Source: Dimorphilus gyrociliatus (Eukaryota > Animalia > Annelida). From it: DNA of 64,000 nt. Shown here piece after piece: positions 1 through 12,200 of the stretch (position 1 is the stretch's first letter; each line of letters begins with the position of its first letter). Under the pieces are notes generated by a model, which was not told the origin of the DNA, made no database searches, and was given only the letters and a program-made list of their open reading frames with translations. The stretch lies in the NCBI GenBank assembly GCA_904063045.1, contig CAJFCJ010000002.1, positions 1,634,422 through 1,698,421 of the forward strand, written 5' to 3'. The translations under genes and the position numbers were made by a program.

Positions 1-152
1 CTAGCCACCTCTATAGTGAAGTGAAAGTAGAAAAGTAAAAAATTTCATTCCCAGTATATAGATTCATACAAACCGAATAACCTAAGATGCATATTGGTAA
101 TTGGATTGAAAGACCCGCATGCCAGAAGTATAATTTTCGTAACGCCAGGCAT
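1..152 (-). CDS. NMNAT: Nicotinamide mononucleotide adenylyltransferase, 5' part (runs off the left edge of the window)
   Basis: Absent from the ORF track. The minus strand from ATG at 152 reads [26 protein letters not shown], followed by a GT-AG intron (73-11) and [23 protein letters not shown] is the NMNAT1/3 signature containing the GxFxPxT/HxxH ATP-binding motif. Confidence 0.93.
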
Positions 153-1328
153 TATAGCTATGACTGCTCTGCAAAACGGTAGATAATTTTTTGTCGTCTG
201 CTACCAACAACAGTTTTCGTAAAAGATGTTGAAATTTCGACAAAACCCGTTATTGATTTTAGAGAGTGTAGCATAAACTTGAAATCTCTTTTAAAAACGA
301 ACAAAAAACCCAGCAAAATAATAATCTTAATTACATTGTTTATAGAATTTTAAATAATTGACATTCGTATTCGATTGATGTTAAAATTGAAAAGAAAAGA
401 GAAAAAATCAATTTCTTTCGATAGAAATTGTACTTTTCTTTCATTCAAAAATATACTATACTTGTTTATATTTTCTTATTGTAACAATAGGATTTTAGAT
501 GAATATCATCAATAATACAATTTATAATAGGAAAAAATTGAGAGATAATACATTCAAAAAGAGATTAGATTTATTATGTATTCTATTTATATGATATTTA
601 TAATGATAATATTGGAGTTATCTTGAAATTTTTTAAGTAGTTGCATGTAAATAAAGTTTAGATTATTAGAATCTACAATAAAAGAAAGAAATATAACAAA
701 TGTACTAAAACAGGTTAATAAGGACGAAAGCATCCTATTTCGTTAATACAGCGCATCTAGCGCTTGATATAGAGTTAATTATTAAAACATAATATTTTAA
801 ATATATTTTTATCTGATGTTAAATGTGTATAACAGCATATAAAATATCAACTATTAGGGAACACTATACTTCTAGCTATAAACTTAAAGATAGACGGGAA
901 GATGGGAAAAAACAACATCAGAATACAAATTTTTTATATATTACACCTTGTTTGTTTGGATTGTTTGCTTCTTTTTTCCATTTCTATTTATATTCATATA
1001 GATTGTTTTCTACATTGTATTCGTTATTAATTATATTGTAGTATATGAATGTATAAAGCCAAATAAGTATCAGCAGAGTTAATATGTTGTGTCAAAAAAA
1101 AGTCGAAAGAAGTAAGAATAAACGTCTTTTAAACGAAAGTAAAGGATTTCATTAAGTTGCCTTTAGACGTTTTACGATGCTTTATTAACATTTAAGAAAG
1201 TATATTACAGTCTCTATTCACATATTGTTAATTTCTTAGCTAAAAAACTACTCTGGAGTGTTCTTTATAAGCTCTTATTCCTTAGAATGTTATCTTACTA
1301 ATCTATAATTACAATATTTTATGTATAT

Positions 1329-1332
<4 letters not shown>

Positions 1333-1367
<35 letters not shown>
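1333..1367. repeat. (TA)n microsatellite
   Basis: Perfect TA dinucleotide run. Confidence 0.95.
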
Positions 1368-1369
<2 letters not shown>

Positions 1370-1928
1370 TGATCAACGTATTCCACATATTTATTTATAT
1401 TCCTAATTATACACTAACCATAAATATTGACCTTACTAAATTTATTAATATTAAATATTGACTTATTTACCATATTACTTTAAAAATATGCTATATCCTT
1501 AAACACTTTCAATATTAGTAAGATTTTCGAATAGCATATTATATCAATACTAGATATTTTACATTCTGAAGACAGTAATATTTATCTAACTAAGAATTTT
1601 ATCTTCCTCTTTGATTTAGTATTTATGTATATAAATACAATTGTATGCTTTATTTATTAACAGTTTATTATATTTACGTTAAGTAATATTTTTATAAAAC
1701 TGTAAATCAATAAAAAGGTTATAACTTTGACTATAAAGAAACTTTTTTGGGTCGAAAATGATAATATTTAGAAGAAACTAAAGGATTCCTTACCGGTACT
1801 GCGAGTGTTCCTTGTCTTGTGGTGCACTTTACCAATTGCTCTAGTTCTTATTTTATTCGATATCGTAGCGACATCGGACTAAGAGAAAATGGACAGATTT
1901 AGCTAGATACCAACAATTTTTTTAAAAA

Positions 1929-3167
1929 ATGTTGACTATGATATTGAATAGAAAAAAACGACTAAATTTAGTTGATTTTACTCATTTTATGTGTTCTGAA
2001 CAGCTTTTTAAGAAAGAGAGAGCGATATTACAGTATTCAAGCCATCAATATCGAAATACGGATAAATTTCATTTACATCAGAACAAATTGGGTCATAATG
2101 CAGTTTACAATATAGCTTATTCAAGGGAGGGAAATATTGTTTTGGCTGGCTATGAAGGAGGATCGATTTCAGCTTTCCACCCATTGATTCCCGAGGTCAA
2201 ACCATTATTCACAAATGAAAATGCTCACTTGGATAGTGTCAATGGATTTCATTTTATAAGTTCAACCAAATTCGCTAGCTGCTCAGATGATACTACTGTT
2301 AAAATATGGGACGTAAGATTTTTCAGGAATCCAATACAAACGCTTACCGAGTTGTCTGATTGGGCTAAGAACATCCATTACAATTCTGAAAGAAAGCTTT
2401 TAATAACTTCAGCTCTGCATAAAAGAATTGCTATCTACGAATTAAATAACGATGTTTTTCAGCCAGTTATTTTACTTGATCATAAAAACGATTTATTAAG
2501 GACAGCCCTTATGAGAAACAACGACACATTGTTTTTAACTGAATATAATACAGGCAGACTACATTGCATTAAAGACTTTGATAAATACCTACAAAGGATA
2601 AGAGAGCATTCTAAGGAGGCTATTTCTCATTGGAGGATATCTGAAGAAGATCTGACGCAAACATCTTATGCTTTTGAAGCATCGGATTCTGAGCAAGAAG
2701 CCTTCCAAAAAACTTTTGTTTCCTCCTTAACGCCTCATCCTCTCGATTGGTGTATAGCTGTTCGAGGTATAAGACAATTGAACTCGACAAATTACACGTG
2801 CGTGTTTGATATGCACAGCCCAAGTAACGGTTGTAGCAAACCAACAGCGTACGCTCGACCAACATTAACTCATTACCATAAAGAGTCAAACGTAAGGAGA
2901 GATTTTATAAAAGAAATATCTTTTTCGTGCGACGGCCGAGTTATAGCATCACCTCTTGCAAAAGGATTTCGATTATTTGGTTTTGGAACTGACTGTCCAC
3001 ACTACGCACCTATAAAACTTAATGATATAACAGAGCTAACAACAATTTACGAACACTATGATAGGTCTGAAGGTTACGTTTATACCGCCAAATTTTCTCC
3101 AACAGACTATCATTTAGTCATTGGATGCTCTAAAGGAACAGTAAAATTCTGCTATCCTAGATTATAA
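1929..3167 (+). CDS. DCAF10: DDB1- and CUL4-associated factor 10 (WDR32), WD40 protein, single coding exon
   Basis: 412-aa ORF with AHLDSVN..FASCSDDTTVKIWDVR (WDxR/DWD box). The C-terminal LTHYHKESNVRRDFIKEISFSCDGRVIASP..TAKFSPTDYHLVIGCSKGTVKFCYPRL matches the DCAF10 C-terminus. Confidence 0.9.
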   Translation: MLTMILNRKKRLNLVDFTHFMCSEQLFKKERAILQYSSHQYRNTDKFHLHQNKLGHNAVYNIAYSREGNIVLAGYEGGSISAFHPLIPEVKPLFTNENAHLDSVNGFHFISSTKFASCSDDTTVKIWDVRFFRNPIQTLTELSDWAKNIHYNSERKLLITSALHKRIAIYELNNDVFQPVILLDHKNDLLRTALMRNNDTLFLTEYNTGRLHCIKDFDKYLQRIREHSKEAISHWRISEEDLTQTSYAFEASDSEQEAFQKTFVSSLTPHPLDWCIAVRGIRQLNSTNYTCVFDMHSPSNGCSKPTAYARPTLTHYHKESNVRRDFIKEISFSCDGRVIASPLAKGFRLFGFGTDCPHYAPIKLNDITELTTIYEHYDRSEGYVYTAKFSPTDYHLVIGCSKGTVKFCYPRL

Positions 3168-3438
3168 TATAAACCGCTAAATTTAAATAGAATTTTCAAA
3201 ATGGTCTTTAACAAAAGTTCAAAATTTGTAAAAAGTTTATTTCCGAAGAAACTATTAATAAATTAAATCATTAATTTTGTTAACAATTTTTTTATACTTT
3301 TCCCTTTTGATTATTTATCGCAACTCAAATCAAGCTAGGAAGACGGTTAGCTGATTAGTTAGTAACTGATAGAAAGTATAGAAGAAAATATTATGCGATC
3401 CTTCGACCCTATATAAAGAATTATGCTGATTTGTTCTT

Positions 3439-4255
3439 CTAATTTGTTTTGGATTTTTTGTATATTTCATCCGTAAATGGCCTATCAAAATAATGGAAAA
3501 TTAATTAATAAATAGATAAAAATTCATTATTCTAACCCTTCATATCTGGTAGCACAGTAGTAGACAATTGAGACAAAAGTTGATAATATTAAGCCAGCTT
3601 GACTGGCATAAACAAACGAATAACCAAAAAATATTGCAGTAGATCCATAGTACATTGGATGTTCAAAGATACTAAATGGGAATCCCGTTACTTTTTTCTT
3701 CATAAGAAAACCAAAATAGTCTCCAAGAAAAGTTCCATTAAACCCTAACCTGAAAAAACTCGTAAGCACTAAAATTATTCCAAACACGTTCAAGAAAAAG
3801 CCTAAAAACAATGCCCAATTCTCTTGCAAAAGGTACCAGCTTGGCTGACTCCTAAGAGTATTCATAAACCTGAAGTAAAAAATCAGTTATATGAAATCTC
3901 TAATATTGCAAAATAAATACAAATGGTCTCTCATCAGGCCATTCACAACAATAGAAAATGCCAGTAGATAGACTGCAATTTGAGGTTTTCTTATAAATTT
4001 GCTAATGTTCTTCGTTCTGTATTCATATCTTGCAACAATATTCCAATATAACGGACAAAATAATATTGCGCACAGACAGTAATAAAAGTTGAGATCTTTG
4101 AAATTAACAGCATCAAACAATATGAAATGTTCGGGCATTTCAGCCTGTAAAAATTAAAATATTAGTTAAAAAAGTGTTAAATATTCACTTACTTTAGACC
4201 AATCTACTCTTTCAAACAATTCACAACAACTAAACTGACGATAATCGAAAACCAT
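3439..4255 (-). CDS. PEMT: Phosphatidylethanolamine N-methyltransferase (4 exons)
   Basis: Spliced translation gives PLYWNIVARYEYRT, SFFRLGFNGTFLGDYFG, FPFSIFEHPMYYGST and YEGPFTDEIY*, all PEMT motifs. An in-frame upstream exon (4255-4193) splices in via a 48-bp intron; a second ATG lies at 4138. Confidence 0.93.
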
Positions 4256-5121
4256 GTTACTAAAATTACTTTTACAACAATTTTCTAAAGTCTATATATT
4301 ATCTATATTGCTTCTTTTTACTCGTCTAAGCCGTATGTTTTACATATAGTTTTTTGTAACAGGTTCGCATATCGACAAAAGCGCTCCAAGTGTTTGAAAT
4401 ATATTTTTATTTTTCTCTAACAGTATATTAAACGTTCTTGTGAAATACTTTCATTTGCGATTGAAACTTCTAATATATTCATACTCTGGTTTGCTTTAGT
4501 AAATACAATTTGAACAAATCATTAACTTATTCTATTAATTTTTACTTATCTAATTTAGGTATTCGTCTTAGAGGTGAAATATGTAAAAAGTTGTTCTAAT
4601 AGCAAATATATACAAATAGAATAGTACATACAGCGTTCCCAGACATTCCGCAAATTTTTCAGTTTGTTAAGAAATCAATTACAGTTGACTATATACTCTT
4701 TCGGCTACTGAAAGGTCGATTAGAGTTTGAAAGGTTATTCAAATAACACAAAATTAATGATATGAGAGATATTACTAACTTTCACAGATAGTGACGTAGC
4801 AAACTTGATCTTTATCTAAACAAAAAAAAGAACGAATGCAAATGAAATGGAAAATTTCGTTTATAAAATATTATATTGAAGTGATGTTATTAATTTATAA
4901 ATTACATCAACAAACGCAACTAAATTCTCTTCGCTTGAATAGCAAGAATTTTTCAGTTTATCTCATTTGATAAACTATACAAACAGAACACTGACTATCT
5001 GTAGTATAGGCTGAATTTCTATCGAATTTTGACCGATCATTTCAAACTTAGCGCGGTGTCCAAAAAGACATGAGCGATAAAATAGCTTATTTCGTCTCGT
5101 GCTACACGAGACTCTGTCATT

Positions 5122-7608
5122 ATGGTTAAAAATAAGGGAAAACTCGATAAGATGGTTTGTACAACTTTTAAGTCATTATCTATATGTAATAATATTTATC
5201 TGGCCAGGAGGAGAAGCTTGATAAACAACGGCATGCCAAATTACTCCAATCTATTGGCAAATTGGATGGAAATACAAGGTACTGTTTGATATAATGGCAA
5301 TATTTTAAAGTAAAATATACTAAACTTTTATCATACGTGTTTTAATCAGCTTGGGTAAGATAGAAAGAACTGAAGCATCAGATAAATTGTCTGATTTCAA
5401 TTTAATGTCAACTGGAGAAAAAGTTGATGTTTCCGAGTTATTGCAATCACTGAATAAAGATAGAAAAGAAAAGAGCAAGTTGAAGAAAAGATTAGAAAAA
5501 CTCGAATCGAAAAAGGATACATTAAGTGCTCCTTTAGCAACAGCTACACAGCAAAGAGTATATATTTTACCTTAATATAGCTTTATGCTAAATAAGATTT
5601 CTTTGTAGCTTGAGAGGAAACAAATCTATAAAGACACAGTAGATGAAGTTTCAAAATGGGACAGTACTGTGGAAAAAAATCGTATGGCCGATCAATTAAT
5701 ATTTCCTTTAAATACGGAGAGGTTAGATGTAATTGACAAAAGTCATATATCCAAGACGTTTTCCAAGAAAAATTCCCTGGAAATGGAAGTTGCTCAAATG
5801 GTTCATGGAAGTGATTTTGCTGCAAATAAAGAAAAATCTCTAACAAAGGCTGAACAGCGTGCACTAGCGGCAATGAGTTTAGAAGAGGTAAATACATTTT
5901 ATAGCCATAAACGTCATATATCTACTTATTTTATAGGCTAAATTGAAAAGATCGGAAGTACAAAAAATGAGAGTAAAATTGTCTTATTTAGAAGAAAAGT
6001 TAAAGCGTCAGAAGCGTATTAAAAGTAGAAAGTGAGTTACAAACTTCTCCAAATTAATTTTATATAGACATAAATTCTTTCAAGGTTTCATCGACATCAG
6101 AGAATAGAGAAGTCTAAACAAGAAGAGAAACTATTGGAACACTTAAGTGAAAATGATCCTGAAAAATTTAATGAATATGTAAAAAAACATTTAAAAGATA
6201 GAGTCGAAGTTTGTGTTATTTAATTTATTTAATTTTCGAATATGACTATATCAATTGTTTGTTAAAGGAGCGAATGAGCCTAAAGCACAAAGCCAAAAAT
6301 AGCAGATTTGCGAAAAAAATGAAAAAATATGCTAAATTTGACACCATTGCTAAAGCAAATTTAAATATAATGAGAGAAAAGAGTCAGGCTCTACTTGCTA
6401 AACGAAAAGAGTTTGAAGTCAGCAGCGACGAGGATGAAACTATCGATCAGAATAAACCTATGGATGAATCTGGAGATCAACCTGAAGAAAAGAAAAATGG
6501 TCAGAAATTGATTCTAGCTAACAATCATTGGTTGGATTTATTGACTGGTAAGACACAAGACTCAACTAGTAGTCAACCAGTAGCTTTCGAAGAGGCAGAA
6601 TTTGAGGTAAAGCCCCTTGAAAAATCTAAGAAGGAAAAAAATTCTAAGAAAAATAAAAATTCAACTGGTAAAAAAGCAAAATCGAAAAAACGAAAAAGTG
6701 AAGAGACTGCAGTGACATCCGAAATTAGACAAACTGAAGAAAAGGAACTATTTAATTTAAAAGCAAATCAGTCAGATCCAATACCTTTAGTAAGAAAGAA
6801 ATGTATAGATGAGTATGATGAGGGCGATCTAGATAAATCTTTGGTTAGAAAGAAACTGAAGAAATCAAATGAAATCGATACTACTAAATTCATGAGGATT
6901 GATCAAACATTGAAGTTGGTCGAAAAGCCGAAAATGGTTGATGATCAAGCTGACGATGGCATATTAACAGATAGTGATGATGAGGTACTTATGTTAGATA
7001 CTTCTACAATTTGTAATACTTTAAATTTTAGAATAAGGTCACTATTGCTGAGGCTTTCGCCGACGATGATCTTGTAGCAGACTTTGAGGAGGAAAAAAAG
7101 CAAACAGAAAATCAGGAAAAAGCAAAGGATGTTGATTTATTTCTTCCTGGTTGGGGTTCATGGGGAGGTTCAGGTGTTCCAGATGCTCCAGCCAAAAAGA
7201 AAAAAAAGTAATAAGAAATTTTTTCTTTCATTCAATATATCATAAAAAATGATTCTGCTTTTAGATTTATTATTAAGGCGCCTGATATTGAAAGAAGAGA
7301 TGCAAAATTAAAAGATGTTATCATTGCTGAAAGCAAAGATGACGTAGTGTCTAAACATCAGGTGAGAACCGTGACTAGCAAATAAGAAATGGCATACATT
7401 TTAAAATTTTATTTTAAAGGTTCATAGTCTACCCTTCCCTTTCACGAAAGTGAAAGACTTTGAAAAGAGCATTAGAGCTCCTATAGGAAAAAATTGGAAT
7501 ACGCAATCCTCTTATAAAACTCTTATTAAACCGAATATTGTCTCGAAGATGGGACATAAAATTGACCCTTTGAGCAAATCGAGCAGAGAGGATATTAATC
7601 GAAGTTAA
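5122..7608 (+). CDS. UTP14: U3 snoRNP/SSU processome protein Utp14 (multi-exon)
   Basis: Spliced segments RHAKLLQSIGKLDG, SKWDSTVEKNRMADQLIFPL, KRQKRIKSRK, LPGWGSWGG and LPFPFTKVKDFEKSIRAPIGKNWNT..KMGHKIDPL are Utp14 hallmarks. Confidence 0.92.
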
Positions 7609-7834
7609 TTTGGGATCTTTACATCATTAGCCTTTGTTATGTTTGAAATACGGCTGTAAAATAAATTTAATAAATATTTTTCCAAAAATTTCGAGAATGT
7701 AACTTATAAAATGCTATAATTAAGTGAAATCCCCTCCTTGAGAGGTGTTGTTATATTTTCTTCTCATAAGATTTAATGATTTTGTGGATATAGTTTATTC
7801 TATGTAAATTGTATAGATATATAAAAACAATTAA

Positions 7835-8288
7835 TTATCGAGGAAAGGGATCAACTCTACTCTTTCGTAATAAGAAATCAACTTTTCTCTTCATTTCTGC
7901 ATCATACATTCGGATATTCTTTTCCAGGCAGAGTCTCTGTCTTGTTTGATAAGGTTTTTCATAATATTTCAATCTCTTTGATGTTTCAGTTATTCGCTCA
8001 TTCTTCAAAATACTGTAGCAAATTATGATTATGAGTTTAAAAAATCTAAAGATGTATTTTGTAAAATATATAATACAACTCTTCTTCAACAGAAGAATTC
8101 TAATTTAAGGAACCTAACGAAATCAGAACCAAATCATGTGTTTACTTTTATTCAATCAGATTGTGCAAAACATCAATAGTAACATACCGTTCTAAAGAGT
8201 TGTATGCGGCTTCCAAGTTTTTATTCTGAACTAAAACAGTTCGGGCAAAGAAGCCGGGATGTAAATAATGGCAGCGAAATCCGGGCAT
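7835..8288 (-). CDS. MRPS21: Mitochondrial ribosomal protein S21 (2 exons, intron 8187-8013)
   Basis: Exon 1: MPGFRCHYLHPGFFARTVLVQNKNLEAAYNSLER. Exon 2: ILKNERITETSKRLKYYEKPYQTRQRLCLEKNIRMYDAEMKRKVDFLLRKSRVDPFPR. Matches mS21 (FIARTVMVQ..AY..L.R..YYEKP..RK..FL.RK.R.DP). Confidence 0.92.
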
Positions 8289-9270
8289 GATTTTGACCTT
8301 AACGAAAGCTATTCTACTTCCGGTTGAATATTCTGCTCACATGTATTACGCGAATAGAAGATATATCATTCAAAGTTTCCAGTATAAGGAATTTATTTAC
8401 ATTTGCAATTAAAAAACTACAAAGTCTATGCCTTCAAAACAGTATAGGTAAAATTTAAGACTTTAAAACTTTTTGATTGTATTTTATAGCTATTTAAATT
8501 TTCTTTCATAATAATAGGATCTTCTTTCAAAATATTTATTAAAAATAACTAAAAATAACTTCAAGAGAGATGATTAGAAGATATTTTCTTTGATAAATAT
8601 TTAGATATTACAAGTTCTATTATTAGCTGATTTTAGAATATGTCAAAAGGTTAAGAGCTCAGAAAAGTTATATAATATATTTTTGTTAGACACTTTGTAT
8701 ACAGCAGCCTAAAAAATATACAAAAAGAATAATAAGAAATTAGATTTACACCTTTGACACCCCTTTTTTGAAATAATATCATGTTATTTATTTAGCAAAC
8801 AATGGATATTATTTCAAATATATAAAAATATACTTAAGATTAATTATTCCATTTAACATTTGTTAATAGTTTTAATGGATTTAATTGAAAGAAAAGATAG
8901 TCTAAGGTAAAAAAAAACAAAAATTTAAATTAAAGTATGGTTAAGCTCGTTTTGAGAGGGGAACTGGTACCAGAGAGACTATAATATGTTTATACGAATC
9001 AGATGATTTTTCGAAAGTAGATTTCACACGTAAACACTTATGTCCTCAAACGGTTTTTGATGACAGTTTGCGAGTAAAACAAGTAAAGTATTATTGGTAA
9101 CTATTTTACTCAACTAGAAACATTGCCAATTGATTTATTATGATAAGAGTGATAATATAGGAAATTTTTAGTGTCGTCTGTTTGTTATTTCCTTGAAATA
9201 CGTAGAGAAGCCAAAATACCTATTCTTCTTTCTGGAAAGTTGCAATTTTAGTGTAATATTTTTCAGAACG

Positions 9271-12200
9271 ATGGATCATGGTGCTAATAATCTGGCTGAA
9301 GTGGAAAATTTTCACTATATATACAGTTGTGATTTGAACATTCCAGTTGAAGTGAAAATGTAAGTTTTGGAGATAGTTCCATTTGATTTTAAAGTTTTTC
9401 ATTTAAATATGGTACAGCGGAACTTTGGAAGGGGATAGGAAGAAACCTTCTTACAAAGATCTATTGGACGATCCCCTATCCCATTTTATTCACACACAAA
9501 GTCCGAAGAATAACTCTGACTTGCTCGTAACGTGCCAGTTATTTTCAGGAGATAGAGAAATCTGTTTACCAATAAGTACTGCTTACAAACCATTTTCCAC
9601 CAGATTTAAGTATGAAATTAATCTTTTTATGCTAATTTCTTTCTATAAACTATATTAAAATGACATTCATATGAAATACAGCTGGAATGAATGGATTAAA
9701 CTACCAGTTCGATATAGTGACCTACCACGAGAAGCCATCCTTGGATTTACAATTTGGGAAGCATGCAGAACGGAGGATTCGAAGGCGGTTGGAGGGACTA
9801 CGTTGAATATATTTAGCAAACGAGGGTAAATTAATGATATTAATGATGAAAAGAGCTATAAAGCAAACTAACGTTTTAATGTGTGCATCTGTTATTAGTG
9901 TACTTAGGCAAGGCATGTATGACTTGAAAGTCTGGCCAAATGTTGAAGCGGACGGTTTACATGGAACCACAGACGGTCGAGTTAGTGGCCAAATGGATGA
10001 GATGGGTAGACTTTCTAAAGTAATTGATTTTTTTTTTGACTTAGAATAGCTTATAATCAATAAAAATGTTTCTTAAATTCACAGCTGGCAAAGCGTCATA
10101 GAAACGGGCAAATGCCAAAAGTAGATTGGTTGGATAGACTTGCATTTAGAGAAATCGAGAAGATAAACGCTCGTCAAAAGAAGGAATCGAATAATATTTA
10201 TCTAAATATTGAATTTCCTCGTATTCACTTGAACGACATAAATCATAGCGTTGTTTACTACGAAGAAGTAAGTTTAACTTATTTAATTGATATATACTGA
10301 AGGAACTTTTTGTTAGGGTGCCGACGATGTCAACATCTTTCAAACTGCATCGGAAGACTCCTTAATGCTTTTTGATCCCGACATTAACGAAGTTTGTAAA
10401 AATCAATAAAATATAATTATCATTTTCAAATTCTCTGTTTATTTCAAGGATAATCTAGTCGAAAATAAGCATCACATATTAACAAGATGTCAAAAGAGTG
10501 CAGCTGTAGATAAGGAGCTAAAACCTAATGCAGAAGATAAAAAGAGACTTGGGGTAAAATAGATACAATTTTATTTTATTGTTTAATTATTAAATGCCCT
10601 TTTTTAAGACAATCTTTCCTTTTCAATTAGAAAATTGTCGATTATCCCAGTAGTCGTAGTTTAACGGCAGATGAGAAAGATTTTCTTTGGAAATTTCGTT
10701 ATCATTTATCAGCTGAGAAAAAGGTTAATCGAATAATAATAATAAATAAATTAGGTGATTTTCATTCTTCTTTCCATTTAGGCTTTAACGAAATTCTTAA
10801 GAACGGTCGATTTCAACGTTACGGAAGAAAAGAATCATGCTTTAGAAATGATGTGGAATTGGGAACCTATTGATCCTGAAGATGCTTTAGAATTGTTGGG
10901 TAAAGAATGGCAGGAACAAAATATCAGGGAATATGCAGTGTCTAGATTAAATAGAGCAGAAAATGAGGATTTATTACTTTATTTATTACAGCTGGTTCAG
11001 GTACTGTTTTCTTCTATATTTAGTATTGATAATAAAGATATTAATTTTAAATATTATAGGGTTTACGATATGAAAATCCAGACTGTATTATGAATGGTTT
11101 AAGAGAAGATGAAAAGCGCTATAAAAATATGAATAGAAGACCGTCGACAAGCAGAAATGAGATTGAAATTAGCCGCTGTTCGGATGATACTCAAATTACT
11201 GATTCAACTTCATCAAAAATCAGTAATAAAATAAATGAATATAATAATCTTCCAGCATTTTTAATATATCGGGCAAAAGAAGATTTTGTTTTAACAAATT
11301 ACTTCTATTGGTACTTAGTAGCTGAACAACCGGATCAGATAGCTGGTAAAGAATCTAGTTCATTTCAAAATAATATATTCTCAAGAATGTTAGAATGGTT
11401 TGCTCTTGTTTTAAATTCTGTAAATATTTCTATTATTTAATTTAACGATTAAATTAATAATATTTATCTATTAAAAATAGTCTGATGAAAAAACAAAGCA
11501 AACTTATCATCATTTAAAGTGTCAGCAACAGTTAGTAAGAAATTTAACGCAGCTTACTGAACATCTTTCAAGATTTAATACAAGACAGAAGAAGGTATAG
11601 ATAATGATTATACTAATATATTGTTTGTATTGATTATCATTGTTTTATTTAGATTGAAAGATTAAGAGAAATGTTAAAGGATCAAGAACCTGGAAAGTTC
11701 AATTTCGTTCAATTTAATCCTCTACCATTACCTTTAGATCCTGCAGTTACAGTCAACTCTATAGTTGTAGACGATGCATCTGTCTTTAATGTAGGTCTTG
11801 GTAACTTAATTAGAATACTTAATATTGTATCATTTTACTTTTCAATTAAACAGAGTTCAATGGCACCATGTAGATTAACATTTAGGAAATATGAATCAAA
11901 TGATGATAAAGATAATTACGTAACAATATTTAAGCATGGTGACGATATGAGACAAGATCAACTTGTTCTGCAGATGATAACATTAATGGATAGAGTAAAT
12001 ATTCTAGTTTTTATTAGTTTTCAATCATTTTTTAATATTTGTTATTTATGAATAGATTTTACGAAAAGAGAATTTAGATTTAAAGTTAACTCCGTATAAA
12101 GTTTTGGCATTTGATAATAAACACGGCCTAGTTGAATTTGTAGAATCGCAACCAGTTAGAGAAATTTTGGGTAAAGATGGTAGCATATTAGAATATTTAC

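Noticed and set aside
823-1041. 72-aa ORF in the NMNAT-DCAF10 interval
   Set aside because: Low-complexity F/L/Y-rich translation of AT-rich DNA with no family motif or convincing splice partners.
2620-2889. Antisense ORF inside DCAF10, and similar shadow ORFs inside UTP14, the RING gene, HEATR1, MICAL-like, KCTD, EXOC6 and PLCG
   Set aside because: They overlap well-supported genes in other frames or strands, often use TTG/GTG starts and have no recognisable motifs.
4627-4652. ZNF143/Staf-like site TTCCCAGACATTCCGC in the PEMT-UTP14 promoter
   Set aside because: The spacing does not fit the SBS consensus without a gap, so the match is too weak to call.
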